In this document: positions 47,415 through 57,295 of the stretch, piece after piece | How positions within the stretch are numbered: position 1 is the stretch's first letter | Layout of the letters: every line of letters starts with the position of its first letter | Source: a virus | Length of the DNA stretch: 64,000 nucleotides | IMG/VR virus record: IMGVR_UViG_3300029349_000001 | Location: 1 to 64,000 of that record | Strand: one strand, 5' to 3' | Notes under the pieces: model-generated | What the model saw: the letters and a program-made list of their open reading frames with translations, nothing else | The model's database searches: none | Told to the model about the DNA's origin: nothing | Program-made: the position numbers and the translations under genes

Positions 47415-50400
47415 ATGGCTAATTTTAGAAATCTTATCACAGGAAATGGTATACTTCTAGGACTGTCTGATGATAATCAGATGTATGTTTTAGGGGATAA
47501 TGCTAATAAAAATACAGTATCCAGAATCGGTAATGATGGTCCACTATACGCCGCCGGATGGAAATCAGCATCGGTTAACGCCAAGCATTCCGCAGCTATT
47601 ACCAATAATGGACAACTATATGTATGGGGAGACAACTCCTATGGTCAATTAGGCATAGGAGGATCAGTAGCGTCTTCTATGGATCCTATATTATTAGATA
47701 ATAGTGAATGGCTTAGTGTAAGTTGTGGAGCAAGACATACCGTAGGTATTAAAAAAGATGGATCTTTATGGGGTTGGGGATCTAATCAATTTGGTCAATT
47801 AGGACCAAACGCAGCAACTATACAATATGTACCTTATAGAATATCCGAGCCTTCTTTTAGCAACGTGGCCTTATTGTTGCACCTTAATGGTTTTGCTGGA
47901 TCAACTACGATTTCTGATAGTTCTTTATTATCTAAAAATGTTAAGATTATAGGATCTGGGAGACTATCTTCTACTCAGTCTAGGTTTGGAGGTATATCTT
48001 ATTATTATGGAGATACTGGCAGCAGTGGTATAGATGCCAACGGCTCATATGATGATCTAAAATTTGGTACTGGTGACTTTACAATAGAGGGATACTACTA
48101 CTTAAATAGTAATAGTAGCGACAACTTCTTATATGATACAAGACATCCCTGGAATGCATCAGGAGGATCTTACGCATATGTTACTAGTACTGGCGTACTT
48201 AATGTAGAAGGTCAGACCACTATTATTATGCCAACCAATCGTTGGGTTCATGTGGCTTTTAGTAGACAAAACGGTATATTAAGAACATTTTTTGATGGAG
48301 TATTAGTATATACTCAATCTTCAACCACTAACTACGATTCGGGATACTGCTATATTGGTGCTGCTGCTTACTATCCTGCTGGTGCCGCACCCTTCAGAGG
48401 TTACATAGACGAGGTAAGGGTTACTAAGGGAATTGCTAGATACGTATCAACCTTTACGGCTCCCACAATACCCTTTATGGACTCTAGCGATTCTTATTTA
48501 AAAATTGCTGCTGGTTCCTTCTTTAATTTAGCTATTAAAGCAGATAACACTCTTTGGAGTTGGGGCGATAATTCGTATGGACAATTAGGCACATCTTCTA
48601 CTGTCGCATCTAGACCAACACTTACACAAATTGGTACAGATAATAATTGGGTTGATATAGTATGTGGAGATAGTCATGCTCTAGCAGTTAAGTCCGATGG
48701 CTCTTTATATTCCTGGGGATATAATGCTTTGGGTCAGTGTGGTGTTGGTACTTCTAATGAGAGTTATAATAGTCCTATAGCTGTAACCGGGGTTCACGAT
48801 GGAGCTACTTATCGTCCAATTTTAGGCATTACTTTAGATAATGAAAAAAGAATAGCTTGTGGAAAAAATCACAGCTTTATTATCGCAAGAACAGCACTAG
48901 GAGATAATATCCTATTCGGCACTGGAGATAATAGCAACGCCCAATTAGGCACAGGAAACAATGATTCTAAAACAGTATTTACTGCCGTTGATCTTAGTAG
49001 AAGATTCATCTCTACAGATGCTGGTGTGAATCATAGTTTAGGCAAACTAGACTTACCAGAAAATCAACCAACTCCTAGTCCAACTCCCACACTAACTCCA
49101 ACACCAACAGTTACCGCAACCAATACTCCAACTGTAACACCAACTAGAACCGCTACGCCAACACTAACGGCCACTCCATCTGCAACCCCGGTTGGACCAC
49201 CACCTTCTCCGTCCCCAACTGCTACAGTATCACCCACTCCTTCTTTACCAGCTAGGGCAGGCTTTAATTGGTTTCCTATCAATATTGTTTCCAGAGCTTT
49301 TAATAGTGTAGTATACGGCGCTAAGCTCGATAGATTTATTGCTATGCCGAGAAATGGCAATATTCCAGCCATATCAGAAAATAGTACTGCCACAAGTTGG
49401 ATTGACACAAACTCCTTGCCTTCTAATATGGCTCTGCCAGAAGTTATAGATGCTAGACACTACTTGTTTTCATATGATCCTTCTTCGAGTCCAAGAGCTA
49501 ATGGTAACACGATAGCAATCTCTAAAAATGGGTTCGACTGGATTAACAATACTGTAGTAAGAACAGACTCTAATAGTTATAGTATAGTAAGCGCATCGTC
49601 TTATACTAGTTTGTCTAGTGTTGATGGACACATTGTTGCTGTGGGACCAGTTGCTAATAGTGGTAACAGAACAGCTCTTAGATATAAAAAAATTACAGTT
49701 AAGGATACTGATAATATTTCAGCCAGTATGATCCCAGAGCGAGACTTTGCTCCATTCTTAGATGCAAATAATCGTCCGATCTTAACGATAAATACAGCTA
49801 ATTATAATAATCATGTGGGCAGCGTAACAGATGTAAGATATAATGGTGGTTCTAGCGCATATGGCGCTTTCGATATGACAGGCAACGTAGATGAATGGAC
49901 AGGAACATCTGGTACCGGAGGAACATCATTCTTTACTTTGGGAGGAAACTATACTGCTAGTAATCCATCCAAAGATAATGTGACTACAACACAATCTTCG
50001 TCGTCTTCTATAGGGACAAGAGGTTTTAGACTTGCTAGTGTAACAAATCCAACTAATAATTATAGCACATTTGTGTCTGTTGGAGATATCAACAATGATT
50101 CGGATAACGGTGTGGGTTCTGTTACTTCTAATTATCGTATTGGTACATATCCTGTGACAAATTTGGAATATGTTGAATTTTTAAATGCTGTTCAGCCCAC
50201 CGGCAGCATTAGTGAATTACACAATATTCCCTCCTTAGCTGATAAAGACGTAGGAATTAAATTACCATATACGATATCTAATACTATAGAGAGTAATTCA
50301 ATCTACTCATATGGCATAGCGATTAATCCTAATACCAATAGAGCATATGTATGTAAATACTATGACAGTAGTTTACAAGTTATAGATCTTAATACTTCTA

Positions 50401-52571
50401 CGATTATAGCAACTATTAATGTTGGTAGTCAACCATGGGATGTTATATGTGATCCAGCCAACAATAGAATTTATGTTTCTGTATCCGGCGGCGCAAGAAT
50501 TAGAGTGATTGACGGAACTAATAATACTATTATAGGTAATATTACAACACAGAGTTTTCCACGCTATATGGCATTAGATAGTGCCAACAATAAATTGTAT
50601 GTGTCATTTTCTACGAATAGTTTTAGTGTGATTGATGTTACAACCATTACGACTAATATGTTGGTACAAACAACTTCTTCTGTCATCGGTACTCCATTAG
50701 GTATGGCCGTAGATTCCACTAACAATAGACTATATATTGGGTATTCTGATTCCACAGGGGCGTATATTAGGGTTGTGAATGCTTCTAATATTAATACGAT
50801 TATATCAACCATTTCTTTACAAAGCAATACGTATCCTTTTGATCTAAAGCTGAATAGCGATAGAAGTAGACTTATTGTAGCCGAAAGCAATAGCAAGTCA
50901 TTAACTATTATTAATACTACAACTAATTCTATTATTGCTAGAATACCATTATCAACTACTACAATAGCTGGCTTCTCACTAGATGCACAAAACAAGGCCT
51001 ATATTGCAGGATATGGGGACAATAGTTTAATAATAGTAGATACCAATACCTCAGCTTTGGTTGGAAAGGTTGTATTATCTAATACTAATATTAATCCACA
51101 AGACGTGGCCATTGCTAATAATAAAATATATATAGTTAATTGGGGCGATAGTAAGGTATTTACTGTAGAAGTATCTAATACCTATACGACTATACCAGGA
51201 ATGGAATATAAACCAGTATCTTATATAAATTGGTATAATGCTGCTCGTTATTCTAATTGGTTGTCAAACGGAAAACCTGTTGGAGTACAGTCCTCAACAA
51301 CAACAGAAAATGGCGCATATCAGCTCAATGGAAATACTGGAAATCCCACACTAAATACAACTAATCCCAATACAGGATCTGCTCCGGCTTATTATCTACC
51401 TTCTAGAAATCAATGGTATAAAGCAGCATACTATAAGGGTGGTAATACCAATGCTGGATATTGGCTATACGGAAACTCATCAGATACATTATCTCCAGCA
51501 TATTTATTCGGCAATAGTCTAGAGAATCTACCAGCCGCCAGTAGTGTTGTCAAAGTTAGAAAAGACGGACTAGTGGTGGTTGCTGGACAAGGATTCGTGT
51601 TGATGTCTAACATGGTTCCAAATACTGTACCAAACTGGAATTATTATCCTCTTACACAACTAACTGAACCTACAGACATATTATTTGGGGATAATAACAG
51701 AATCGTTATTCTACAAAGCACACTCGGAGTCGTATCTGCTAATAATAGATACTATTATAGTGACGCTGTAAATTACTCCAATAGTTATCCTTCTGTTAGT
51801 TGGACAATAGGAAATCTGCCCGCGACAACCCTAACTACATCTGTTGGAGCATCCGCTTATGACAATGGTGTGTTTGTGGTCATACCTCTTTCTGCTTCAT
51901 TATCTTCGTCTTCTTTTGTTTCTTCTGATGGTATTAATTGGAATACTATTTCTTCTAGTGTGCTATCTAATAAGATATGGAGAGGCTTAGCTAGTAAGAG
52001 TAATCTATTTGTAGCGGTTGGAGACAATTCACCACTAGCTGCTATTAGCTATAGTGATATCAGAACCACACCAACCCCCACAGCAACGCCCACAGTTACT
52101 CCATCAAATCTAGGTATCGTAATTACACAACAACCGAAAAATGTTGATATAGTTCTCGTGGCAGATAATAATGCTGGAGGTGTCGCGGTCTTTAATGTTA
52201 CCGCTAGTTCTAGATCTCCAATTGCATATCAGTGGTATGAGTCTGTTAGTAATGGGCCGTTTACCGCTATTCCAAATGCTACGCTCAATAGTTTATCTAT
52301 CAATAATATTACTAGTAGTAAGCATGGTAATAGATATTATGTTAAATTAACATCTGGTACTATTGTAGTAGATAGTAGTATCGCAACCCTAAATGTATTC
52401 ACAAATTCACCCATTACTATTCTACAACAACCTAGTAATACCACTGCGGTTAGTGCTGCGGCATCTTTTACCGTATTGGCCACTATCAACTATCCTTCAC
52501 CAACCCCTACAATAACAGCTACTAGTACTCCAACGCCGACCCCAACAGTTACCCCTTCTAGGTCTGTATGA
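47415..52571 (+). CDS. Multidomain appendage protein: five RCC1 blades, LamG, permuted FGE-like domain, YVTN-like propeller, Ig-like domain
   Basis: WGDNSYGQLG repeats; GYIDEVRVTKG; DMTGNVDEW; NRIYV/IATINVGSQP repeats; QQP...YQW. Confidence 0.8.
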   Translation: MANFRNLITGNGILLGLSDDNQMYVLGDNANKNTVSRIGNDGPLYAAGWKSASVNAKHSAAITNNGQLYVWGDNSYGQLGIGGSVASSMDPILLDNSEWLSVSCGARHTVGIKKDGSLWGWGSNQFGQLGPNAATIQYVPYRISEPSFSNVALLLHLNGFAGSTTISDSSLLSKNVKIIGSGRLSSTQSRFGGISYYYGDTGSSGIDANGSYDDLKFGTGDFTIEGYYYLNSNSSDNFLYDTRHPWNASGGSYAYVTSTGVLNVEGQTTIIMPTNRWVHVAFSRQNGILRTFFDGVLVYTQSSTTNYDSGYCYIGAAAYYPAGAAPFRGYIDEVRVTKGIARYVSTFTAPTIPFMDSSDSYLKIAAGSFFNLAIKADNTLWSWGDNSYGQLGTSSTVASRPTLTQIGTDNNWVDIVCGDSHALAVKSDGSLYSWGYNALGQCGVGTSNESYNSPIAVTGVHDGATYRPILGITLDNEKRIACGKNHSFIIARTALGDNILFGTGDNSNAQLGTGNNDSKTVFTAVDLSRRFISTDAGVNHSLGKLDLPENQPTPSPTPTLTPTPTVTATNTPTVTPTRTATPTLTATPSATPVGPPPSPSPTATVSPTPSLPARAGFNWFPINIVSRAFNSVVYGAKLDRFIAMPRNGNIPAISENSTATSWIDTNSLPSNMALPEVIDARHYLFSYDPSSSPRANGNTIAISKNGFDWINNTVVRTDSNSYSIVSASSYTSLSSVDGHIVAVGPVANSGNRTALRYKKITVKDTDNISASMIPERDFAPFLDANNRPILTINTANYNNHVGSVTDVRYNGGSSAYGAFDMTGNVDEWTGTSGTGGTSFFTLGGNYTASNPSKDNVTTTQSSSSSIGTRGFRLASVTNPTNNYSTFVSVGDINNDSDNGVGSVTSNYRIGTYPVTNLEYVEFLNAVQPTGSISELHNIPSLADKDVGIKLPYTISNTIESNSIYSYGIAINPNTNRAYVCKYYDSSLQVIDLNTSTIIATINVGSQPWDVICDPANNRIYVSVSGGARIRVIDGTNNTIIGNITTQSFPRYMALDSANNKLYVSFSTNSFSVIDVTTITTNMLVQTTSSVIGTPLGMAVDSTNNRLYIGYSDSTGAYIRVVNASNINTIISTISLQSNTYPFDLKLNSDRSRLIVAESNSKSLTIINTTTNSIIARIPLSTTTIAGFSLDAQNKAYIAGYGDNSLIIVDTNTSALVGKVVLSNTNINPQDVAIANNKIYIVNWGDSKVFTVEVSNTYTTIPGMEYKPVSYINWYNAARYSNWLSNGKPVGVQSSTTTENGAYQLNGNTGNPTLNTTNPNTGSAPAYYLPSRNQWYKAAYYKGGNTNAGYWLYGNSSDTLSPAYLFGNSLENLPAASSVVKVRKDGLVVVAGQGFVLMSNMVPNTVPNWNYYPLTQLTEPTDILFGDNNRIVILQSTLGVVSANNRYYYSDAVNYSNSYPSVSWTIGNLPATTLTTSVGASAYDNGVFVVIPLSASLSSSSFVSSDGINWNTISSSVLSNKIWRGLASKSNLFVAVGDNSPLAAISYSDIRTTPTPTATPTVTPSNLGIVITQQPKNVDIVLVADNNAGGVAVFNVTASSRSPIAYQWYESVSNGPFTAIPNATLNSLSINNITSSKHGNRYYVKLTSGTIVVDSSIATLNVFTNSPITILQQPSNTTAVSAAASFTVLATINYPSPTPTITATSTPTPTPTVTPSRSV

Positions 52572-52573
52572 AT

Positions 52574-52591
52574 GGTGTAATTACTAATATA
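52574..52591 (+). promoter_or_regulatory. Candidate late promoter (GGTGTA)
   Basis: 44 bp before ATG 52618. Confidence 0.55.
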
Positions 52592-52617
52592 ATTCATTTT
52601 AAATTAAAGGCTAAACT

Positions 52618-55600
52618 ATGGGATTAACATATCAATGGCAAGTATCAACAGATAATACAGCGACAGTATTCGTTGACTTGCAAGACGGTCCATTGGTATC
52701 TGGAACCAAGACTCAAACACTATTATTTAACAATCTAACAGTAGCTGATAATAATAAAAAATATCGCGTAATTATCGGTAGTACAGATTTTAATGTGGCT
52801 CCTGTTGTTAGTGATGCTGCTACTCTTTTCACAGCTCCCTCTATTACTTTAAGTACAATCCCAGATATAGCCACAACAGCGACAACAGCAACATTTTCTG
52901 TTAGCGGAGTAGCTAATACTGGTACTATTAGTTATCAATGGCAAAAAAGAGTACCTTGCGCCCCAACTGCTACAGAACCATGTTTTATTAATTTAGTAGA
53001 TCAAACAGGTTCCGTTAGCGGTGCTCTTACTCCAAATCTTATTTTAACTGGATTAACAGCTGCGGTACATAATAATTCTCAATACCGAGTTGTTGCCAGC
53101 GCACAGTGTTGTGGAACAACCGCCATTACACAATCATCAAATGTCGCAACACTACAAGTTGCCACACAAGGACAAACACTATTTATTACTAAAGACTTAA
53201 CAGATGCAATAATAGCAACAGACAAAACTGCTTCTTTTAATATAGAGATACAAACGACAACAACCAATTCGACACCGGTCCCAGTAACATTCGGATGGCA
53301 AAAATTAGTTGCTGGGAGTTGGGTAAATGTAACTAATAATCAACCGATACAAAGTTCAGTTATTAATCCTACATTATTGCTATACAAACAAACACTAGCT
53401 ATTACTAGTGCTATTGATAGCGAATCTTATAGAGTTGTGGTAAACGATGGAAGGTCATCCGCCACCAGCGCTACCGCAAAGAGTAAGAATCCCGCCACAT
53501 GTACTGATTGTGGAGGTAGTGGTACTGGAGATCCACACTTTTATATAGGCGGGAATTACGGCTTTGATGATAATCCGATTATTAACGGACACAAAGAAAT
53601 TGTAATGCTTTATATAAAAAACAAAAAAGACAATACCGAGCACGTATTAACTTGCAAAAATACTGGAGCTTTCGGCAAGTCTTCTCCATATAACGTAGAA
53701 AGAACTTCATATACACAATTTAAAGATGGTAAAATTGTTGGAGCCAGAGTAGACAACGGAAAAGCAGATATGATGGGTGTGGCAATGATGAACGCCGCTT
53801 CTGGACGTTTTGCTTTTACTTGGTCTGTTCTAAACCCCTCTAATATCCACAAAGCTCAAGACTTAGATATAGTTATTGGTGGTGCGTGGTATTGGATGTG
53901 CAAGTCCCTAATTCAATATCTAAAAAAGAATCCGTCTTTCATGAGTTTAGGATGGCCATATATTGGTTGGATTCATGCTGATGGCATCGGTTTGGGATTG
54001 GCTCCATATAATCTTATCAGAGAGAATTTTGAAATAGATAATTTATATCTTAAAAATAGTGGAAGTGCGAATATTGACGGTCTTTATATAGCTTCTAGCA
54101 AAGATGATAAGAATAGTACTAGATACAATAAAGACAATAGTGCATATTCCATAATTAGAGATCGCGGACTATGGCAAATCAAAACCAGGGTTCTGTCTCC
54201 TATCGCAATGACTAAAATTTCTGATACGCAATTTAGCATCAGCACATCTCGCTATATAGATGCAGAAAGTCTAAGTGTTGGCCTTGGGGTTGGTAGTAGT
54301 GCGGCTGGCGTTGTTGCTGGAAATCCTATCATATCATCTATCTCGTATAAATATCCTGCTCAAGCTATGGCGAGAGAAGATGTAGCGCCTATCACTGCTG
54401 AAATCACCGTAAGTGGTGGGCAGATTCTACAAAGCGGCTCCGTTATTTTTGGATATTTTGTAGACACCACAAACACTAGTAATAGTATTACACTACCTAA
54501 TCTCTTTACAGCTTCAGATATATATATTGGTCAAAAAATTACTATTAGCGGAGCTACATCTGCTAATACTACAATTACTAATATTAACGGGAATATATTA
54601 ACACTAAGTAGTAATTGTACTGCTACTGGTAGGTTCCCACTAGAAATTATTTATGCTGAATCTTTTGAAGACAATACTACTTCTCCAGATTTATCTGGGG
54701 GATGGTTAAAAAATAAAAATATTATTCCAGACATTAAATTATTACCATTATTATCTAGTCCAGAAGGCATATCTAAAATTGCAGAAGATATCACCGCCAA
54801 TCCTCGTTTTTGGCATGAGTTGTCTTTGGCTCTATCGGGCAAGCCTCTAGACGGAACTCCAGTAAATAGTATAGTAGCACAACCCAAAGATACTATCTCT
54901 GTCAATGGAATAGCGTCTTTTACTGTGGTTGCTGAATTGGCCAGTTCCAAATATCAGTGGCAAAAATCCACAGACAACGGAGTGTCTTGGATAGATATAG
55001 CTGGAGCTACTAATGCTACACTTGTAGTTAATGCTATTAAATCTGATAACGGATCGTTGTTCAGAGTAAAAGTTGACACTGTTCTTACCAGTAGTAGTGC
55101 TAAGTTATCTGTTCCATCTACTCTTAGAGTCCAACAAGAACCATCAAATACTAGTGCTATTAATCTACAGGCCGTATTCGGTGTTGTTGCTAGCGGAGTA
55201 CAGCCGATTACATATCAGTGGCAAAAATCCGACGATAATGGCGCAACATTCTCTAATGTGCCAAACAACAATCTACCTACCCTTACCTTGAGTAATCTTA
55301 AAGCTGAAGATGATAATGATCTATATAAAGTTTCTGTGGCCGACGGAGCCGGAGATTCCTATACATCAGCCGCTTATAAGCTCTTTATTAATCCAGTCTT
55401 AAGTATCACATCGCACCCGACTACACAAACAGCATCCGAGGAAGAAACAGCTACTTTTAGTGTTTCTGGCACTTGCAATAACGGGTTGTTTAAACACCAA
55501 TGGGAAGTATCTACCAATAATGGCGTATCATATGCGGCCGTTGGAGAACCTTCTTATTCTGGTAATTTAAATTTAAGTGGTCTCAAGATATATGATGATA

Positions 55601-57291
55601 ATAAGCTGTATAGAGTTAAGCTTATTTCTGATATAAAGAATAACTTTGTTTATTCTAGTGGTGCTAGATTATTGGTACCTAATAGTCTTACAATAGTTAC
55701 TCAGCCAGCAAATACTATATCTTCTAGCGGCAATGCAACATTTTCTGTTGGAGCAAACTCATCTCAGCCACCTCTAAGTTACCAGTGGCAGACACAAGCA
55801 CCACAGTCCAACAATTGGATAGACATAGTTTCTGGTACTGGGTCTACTTTAAATGTAACAGGACTAAGGCTCGTTGACGATAATACTAAATATAGAGTTA
55901 TATTAACAGATCAAAGAGGTTCTGTATATAGTCAACAGGCTATCGTAGACACGACACCCCAAATTTCTATCACTCAAAATATTGCTGGATATACTAGCAA
56001 TAATTATAAGCTTAACTTAACTGTTGTGGCATCTGTTTTGACCACAACACTAGAAAATACTTCTGGTAGTTTGGTATATAGTTGGGAAAAAGCAGATCCA
56101 GGATCCAATTTATTTGCCCCACTTACTGGTATTCCATCTAATCAAAATTACCTATTAGGAGATCTAAAGGTGGCAGATAGTGGAGTAAAGTATAGAGTAA
56201 AATTAAGCCTACCCGGCGCACGAGACCTATACTCCAATACTGCACAAATAGATGTGCCTCCATCAATAACTGTTAATGTCAAAACTCCATTTTTAGCAAA
56301 GACCAACTATCCCAATACGGATATTACTTTATCAATTGATGCGACAACTAAAGTTCCACCACTAAACTATCAATGGCAAAAAGCAAGCACCACAAGTAAT
56401 CTTATTAATTATCAATTCCCTAATAATGATCCTTTCTATGATAGAGTAGGACTATTTATGGAAATGAGTGGTGTTTCTGGCACGAGGGCTTTTGTGGATT
56501 CGACAGACAAAACATATATAATACCGTATAGAGATGATTCGGTATATAATCAATATGCAGATATTAAATTATCAAATTTAGATTTCAAGTCTGCTCCAAC
56601 TAGTGCTAGATTTAATGATATATACAGTCATCTTAGAGTTTTTGATAGTGGCAATAATTTGTATTTTGGTAACAAGAACTTTACTATAGAATATTGGTAC
56701 AAGCCAACTGAGTATTCTGAAATGAGTGTTGTATCTCGAAGAAAGGGTAATGTTTGGCCTGTTTACGGTAATGTGGGCTGGACTTTAAGTAGTACTCGTT
56801 TTAGAGCTAAAATAGGACAGACTTGGAGAGATGATTGGATTGATGATAATGGGAATTTATCTATTATACCAGTGAACGAATGGACACACGTAGCCTTAAC
56901 CCGCTATAATAATACATATCGTTTATTTAGAAATGGAGCTATGGTTGGCAGCTTCTTCAATAACGAGACTTTGGATGAAACATCTGGCCCTCTAGTAATT
57001 GGCACCTCAAGTTCGGTTCAAATTAATAGTACAGAGAATGGTTACAGTTTGGTGGGCTTTTTAGATAATCTAAGAATTACTGTTGGATTGGCTAGATATA
57101 CACAGAACTTTGTTCCAGATACATTAATAGATACAGACTATCAAGTAACCATAGCCAATAATAATTTTACTAATATTCCCAACGCAACAGGAACTACGCT
57201 AAAATTAGAAGGATTAACAAGCAATAATAATCTAGAACAATATAGGGTTGTTCTAACCGATCCTGTTTCGACTGTTATAGTAGAGAATTAA
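52618..57291 (+). CDS. Multi-Ig-domain appendage protein with a GDPH (VWD-like) domain and LamG
   Basis: Repeated YQWQ.S.D.G...YRV Ig units; GTGDPHF; GFLDNLRITVG. Confidence 0.8.
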   Translation: MGLTYQWQVSTDNTATVFVDLQDGPLVSGTKTQTLLFNNLTVADNNKKYRVIIGSTDFNVAPVVSDAATLFTAPSITLSTIPDIATTATTATFSVSGVANTGTISYQWQKRVPCAPTATEPCFINLVDQTGSVSGALTPNLILTGLTAAVHNNSQYRVVASAQCCGTTAITQSSNVATLQVATQGQTLFITKDLTDAIIATDKTASFNIEIQTTTTNSTPVPVTFGWQKLVAGSWVNVTNNQPIQSSVINPTLLLYKQTLAITSAIDSESYRVVVNDGRSSATSATAKSKNPATCTDCGGSGTGDPHFYIGGNYGFDDNPIINGHKEIVMLYIKNKKDNTEHVLTCKNTGAFGKSSPYNVERTSYTQFKDGKIVGARVDNGKADMMGVAMMNAASGRFAFTWSVLNPSNIHKAQDLDIVIGGAWYWMCKSLIQYLKKNPSFMSLGWPYIGWIHADGIGLGLAPYNLIRENFEIDNLYLKNSGSANIDGLYIASSKDDKNSTRYNKDNSAYSIIRDRGLWQIKTRVLSPIAMTKISDTQFSISTSRYIDAESLSVGLGVGSSAAGVVAGNPIISSISYKYPAQAMAREDVAPITAEITVSGGQILQSGSVIFGYFVDTTNTSNSITLPNLFTASDIYIGQKITISGATSANTTITNINGNILTLSSNCTATGRFPLEIIYAESFEDNTTSPDLSGGWLKNKNIIPDIKLLPLLSSPEGISKIAEDITANPRFWHELSLALSGKPLDGTPVNSIVAQPKDTISVNGIASFTVVAELASSKYQWQKSTDNGVSWIDIAGATNATLVVNAIKSDNGSLFRVKVDTVLTSSSAKLSVPSTLRVQQEPSNTSAINLQAVFGVVASGVQPITYQWQKSDDNGATFSNVPNNNLPTLTLSNLKAEDDNDLYKVSVADGAGDSYTSAAYKLFINPVLSITSHPTTQTASEEETATFSVSGTCNNGLFKHQWEVSTNNGVSYAAVGEPSYSGNLNLSGLKIYDDNKLYRVKLISDIKNNFVYSSGARLLVPNSLTIVTQPANTISSSGNATFSVGANSSQPPLSYQWQTQAPQSNNWIDIVSGTGSTLNVTGLRLVDDNTKYRVILTDQRGSVYSQQAIVDTTPQISITQNIAGYTSNNYKLNLTVVASVLTTTLENTSGSLVYSWEKADPGSNLFAPLTGIPSNQNYLLGDLKVADSGVKYRVKLSLPGARDLYSNTAQIDVPPSITVNVKTPFLAKTNYPNTDITLSIDATTKVPPLNYQWQKASTTSNLINYQFPNNDPFYDRVGLFMEMSGVSGTRAFVDSTDKTYIIPYRDDSVYNQYADIKLSNLDFKSAPTSARFNDIYSHLRVFDSGNNLYFGNKNFTIEYWYKPTEYSEMSVVSRRKGNVWPVYGNVGWTLSSTRFRAKIGQTWRDDWIDDNGNLSIIPVNEWTHVALTRYNNTYRLFRNGAMVGSFFNNETLDETSGPLVIGTSSSVQINSTENGYSLVGFLDNLRITVGLARYTQNFVPDTLIDTDYQVTIANNNFTNIPNATGTTLKLEGLTSNNNLEQYRVVLTDPVSTVIVEN

Positions 57292-57295
57292 TCAC

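Noticed and set aside
41168-49408. Minus-strand Val/Gly-rich ORFs (e.g. 41168-41548, 44004-44285, 49064-49408) and the other short antisense ORFs in the track
   Set aside because: They are antisense shadows of Pro/Thr linkers and long plus-strand genes, with no independent evidence of coding.
44315-51490. Diversity-generating retroelement targeting the FGE/C-lectin domains
   Set aside because: No reverse transcriptase and no template/variable repeat pair differing at adenines is visible; the two copies are divergent throughout. One elsewhere in the genome cannot be excluded.
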